47,423 bases of DNA from a virus (lineage: Duplodnaviria > Caudoviricetes). Location: the IMG/VR virus record IMGVR_UViG_3300027749_000176, positions 1 through 47,423 of that record. One strand, written 5' to 3'. Of this stretch, positions 47,111-47,423 are shown piece after piece. A program made the position numbers and the translations under genes. Position 1 is the first letter of the stretch. Every line of letters begins with the position of its first letter. The notes under the pieces are model-generated. The model did not search any database. It was not told where the DNA came from and saw nothing but the letters and a program-made list of their open reading frames with translations.

Positions 47111-47322
47111 ACACACAAACTGCCCAGTTACTCAGCACCATAGAGTCCCTCCTTCACAGCCAAGTCAAAATGGCTGAAGTGCATGGACTAGAAACCCTGC
47201 CGCATATCAGCGTGGCTCGCGCTCGCACAATCTTAGCCGACATACGAGCCGTGAAGACCGATGCCAAGCCGCCCAAAAGCGAACCTACCTACTTTAATCG
47301 CTTGGACAAAATTCATGCTTGA
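47107..47322 (+). CDS. Hypothetical protein
   Basis: 71-aa ORF in a translationally coupled chain. Confidence 0.65.
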   Translation: MNTQTAQLLSTIESLLHSQVKMAEVHGLETLPHISVARARTILADIRAVKTDAKPPKSEPTYFNRLDKIHA

Positions 47323-47353
47323 CAAAGCTGTCAAAGTCTCTAAACCCAACCAG

Positions 47354-47423
47354 ATGGAAACACATCCATATACAACAGGCAGAGACGAGATGCGTGAGCA
47401 AATAATTGCTTTCGTGTACGAAC
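47354..47423 (+). CDS. Partial ORF running off the window
   Basis: METHPYTTGRDEMREQIIAFVYE, open to the window end. Confidence 0.45.
   Translation, partial: METHPYTTGRDEMREQIIAFVYE

Noticed and set aside
47319-47346. TTGACA promoter candidate near the right end (similar case at 4864)
   Set aside because: Perfect -35 but no convincing -10 at the proper spacing.
1-47423. CRISPR array, tRNA/rRNA, integrase, terminase, reverse transcriptase/DGR
   Set aside because: None recognised by eye; no regularly spaced identical repeats. The terminase is presumably outside the window. A tRNA scan was not run.
1-47423. Alternative genetic code or stop-codon recoding
   Set aside because: Standard code gives long, tightly abutting ORFs, and TAA, TGA and TAG all occur as true stops.

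Overview
The window is the morphogenesis region of a tailed dsDNA phage, probably podovirus-like. Essentially all credible genes are on the + strand. The order is: a non-coding, inverted-repeat-rich left end; a ParB-like gene; a Cys-rich protein; the putative portal and scaffold; four glycosyltransferase-like genes plus a SAM methyltransferase; the major capsid gene behind a ~200-nt structured leader; decoration/LamG proteins; a lysis cassette (holin-like, lipoprotein, spanin-like, GH108 lysozyme); two fibre/tailspike paralogs; a giant repeat-expanded tail protein and a nozzle-like protein; an ejection-protein block ending in a 2664-aa polyvalent protein; then an ATP-grasp ligase, an HNH nuclease, an Erv1/ALR-like fusion and small early-type ORFs. 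The standout is an intact ycaO-tfuA pair (peptide thioamidation machinery) translationally coupled in the middle of the ejection-protein genes. It is flanked by Gly/Gln/Ala-rich Met-Gly-Gly proteins, one of which ends in a thioamitide-core-like Ala tract. Together with the glycosyltransferases, ATP-grasp and Erv-like enzymes, this suggests a phage that chemically modifies its own virion proteins. All calls come from motif recognition by eye; no searches were run.
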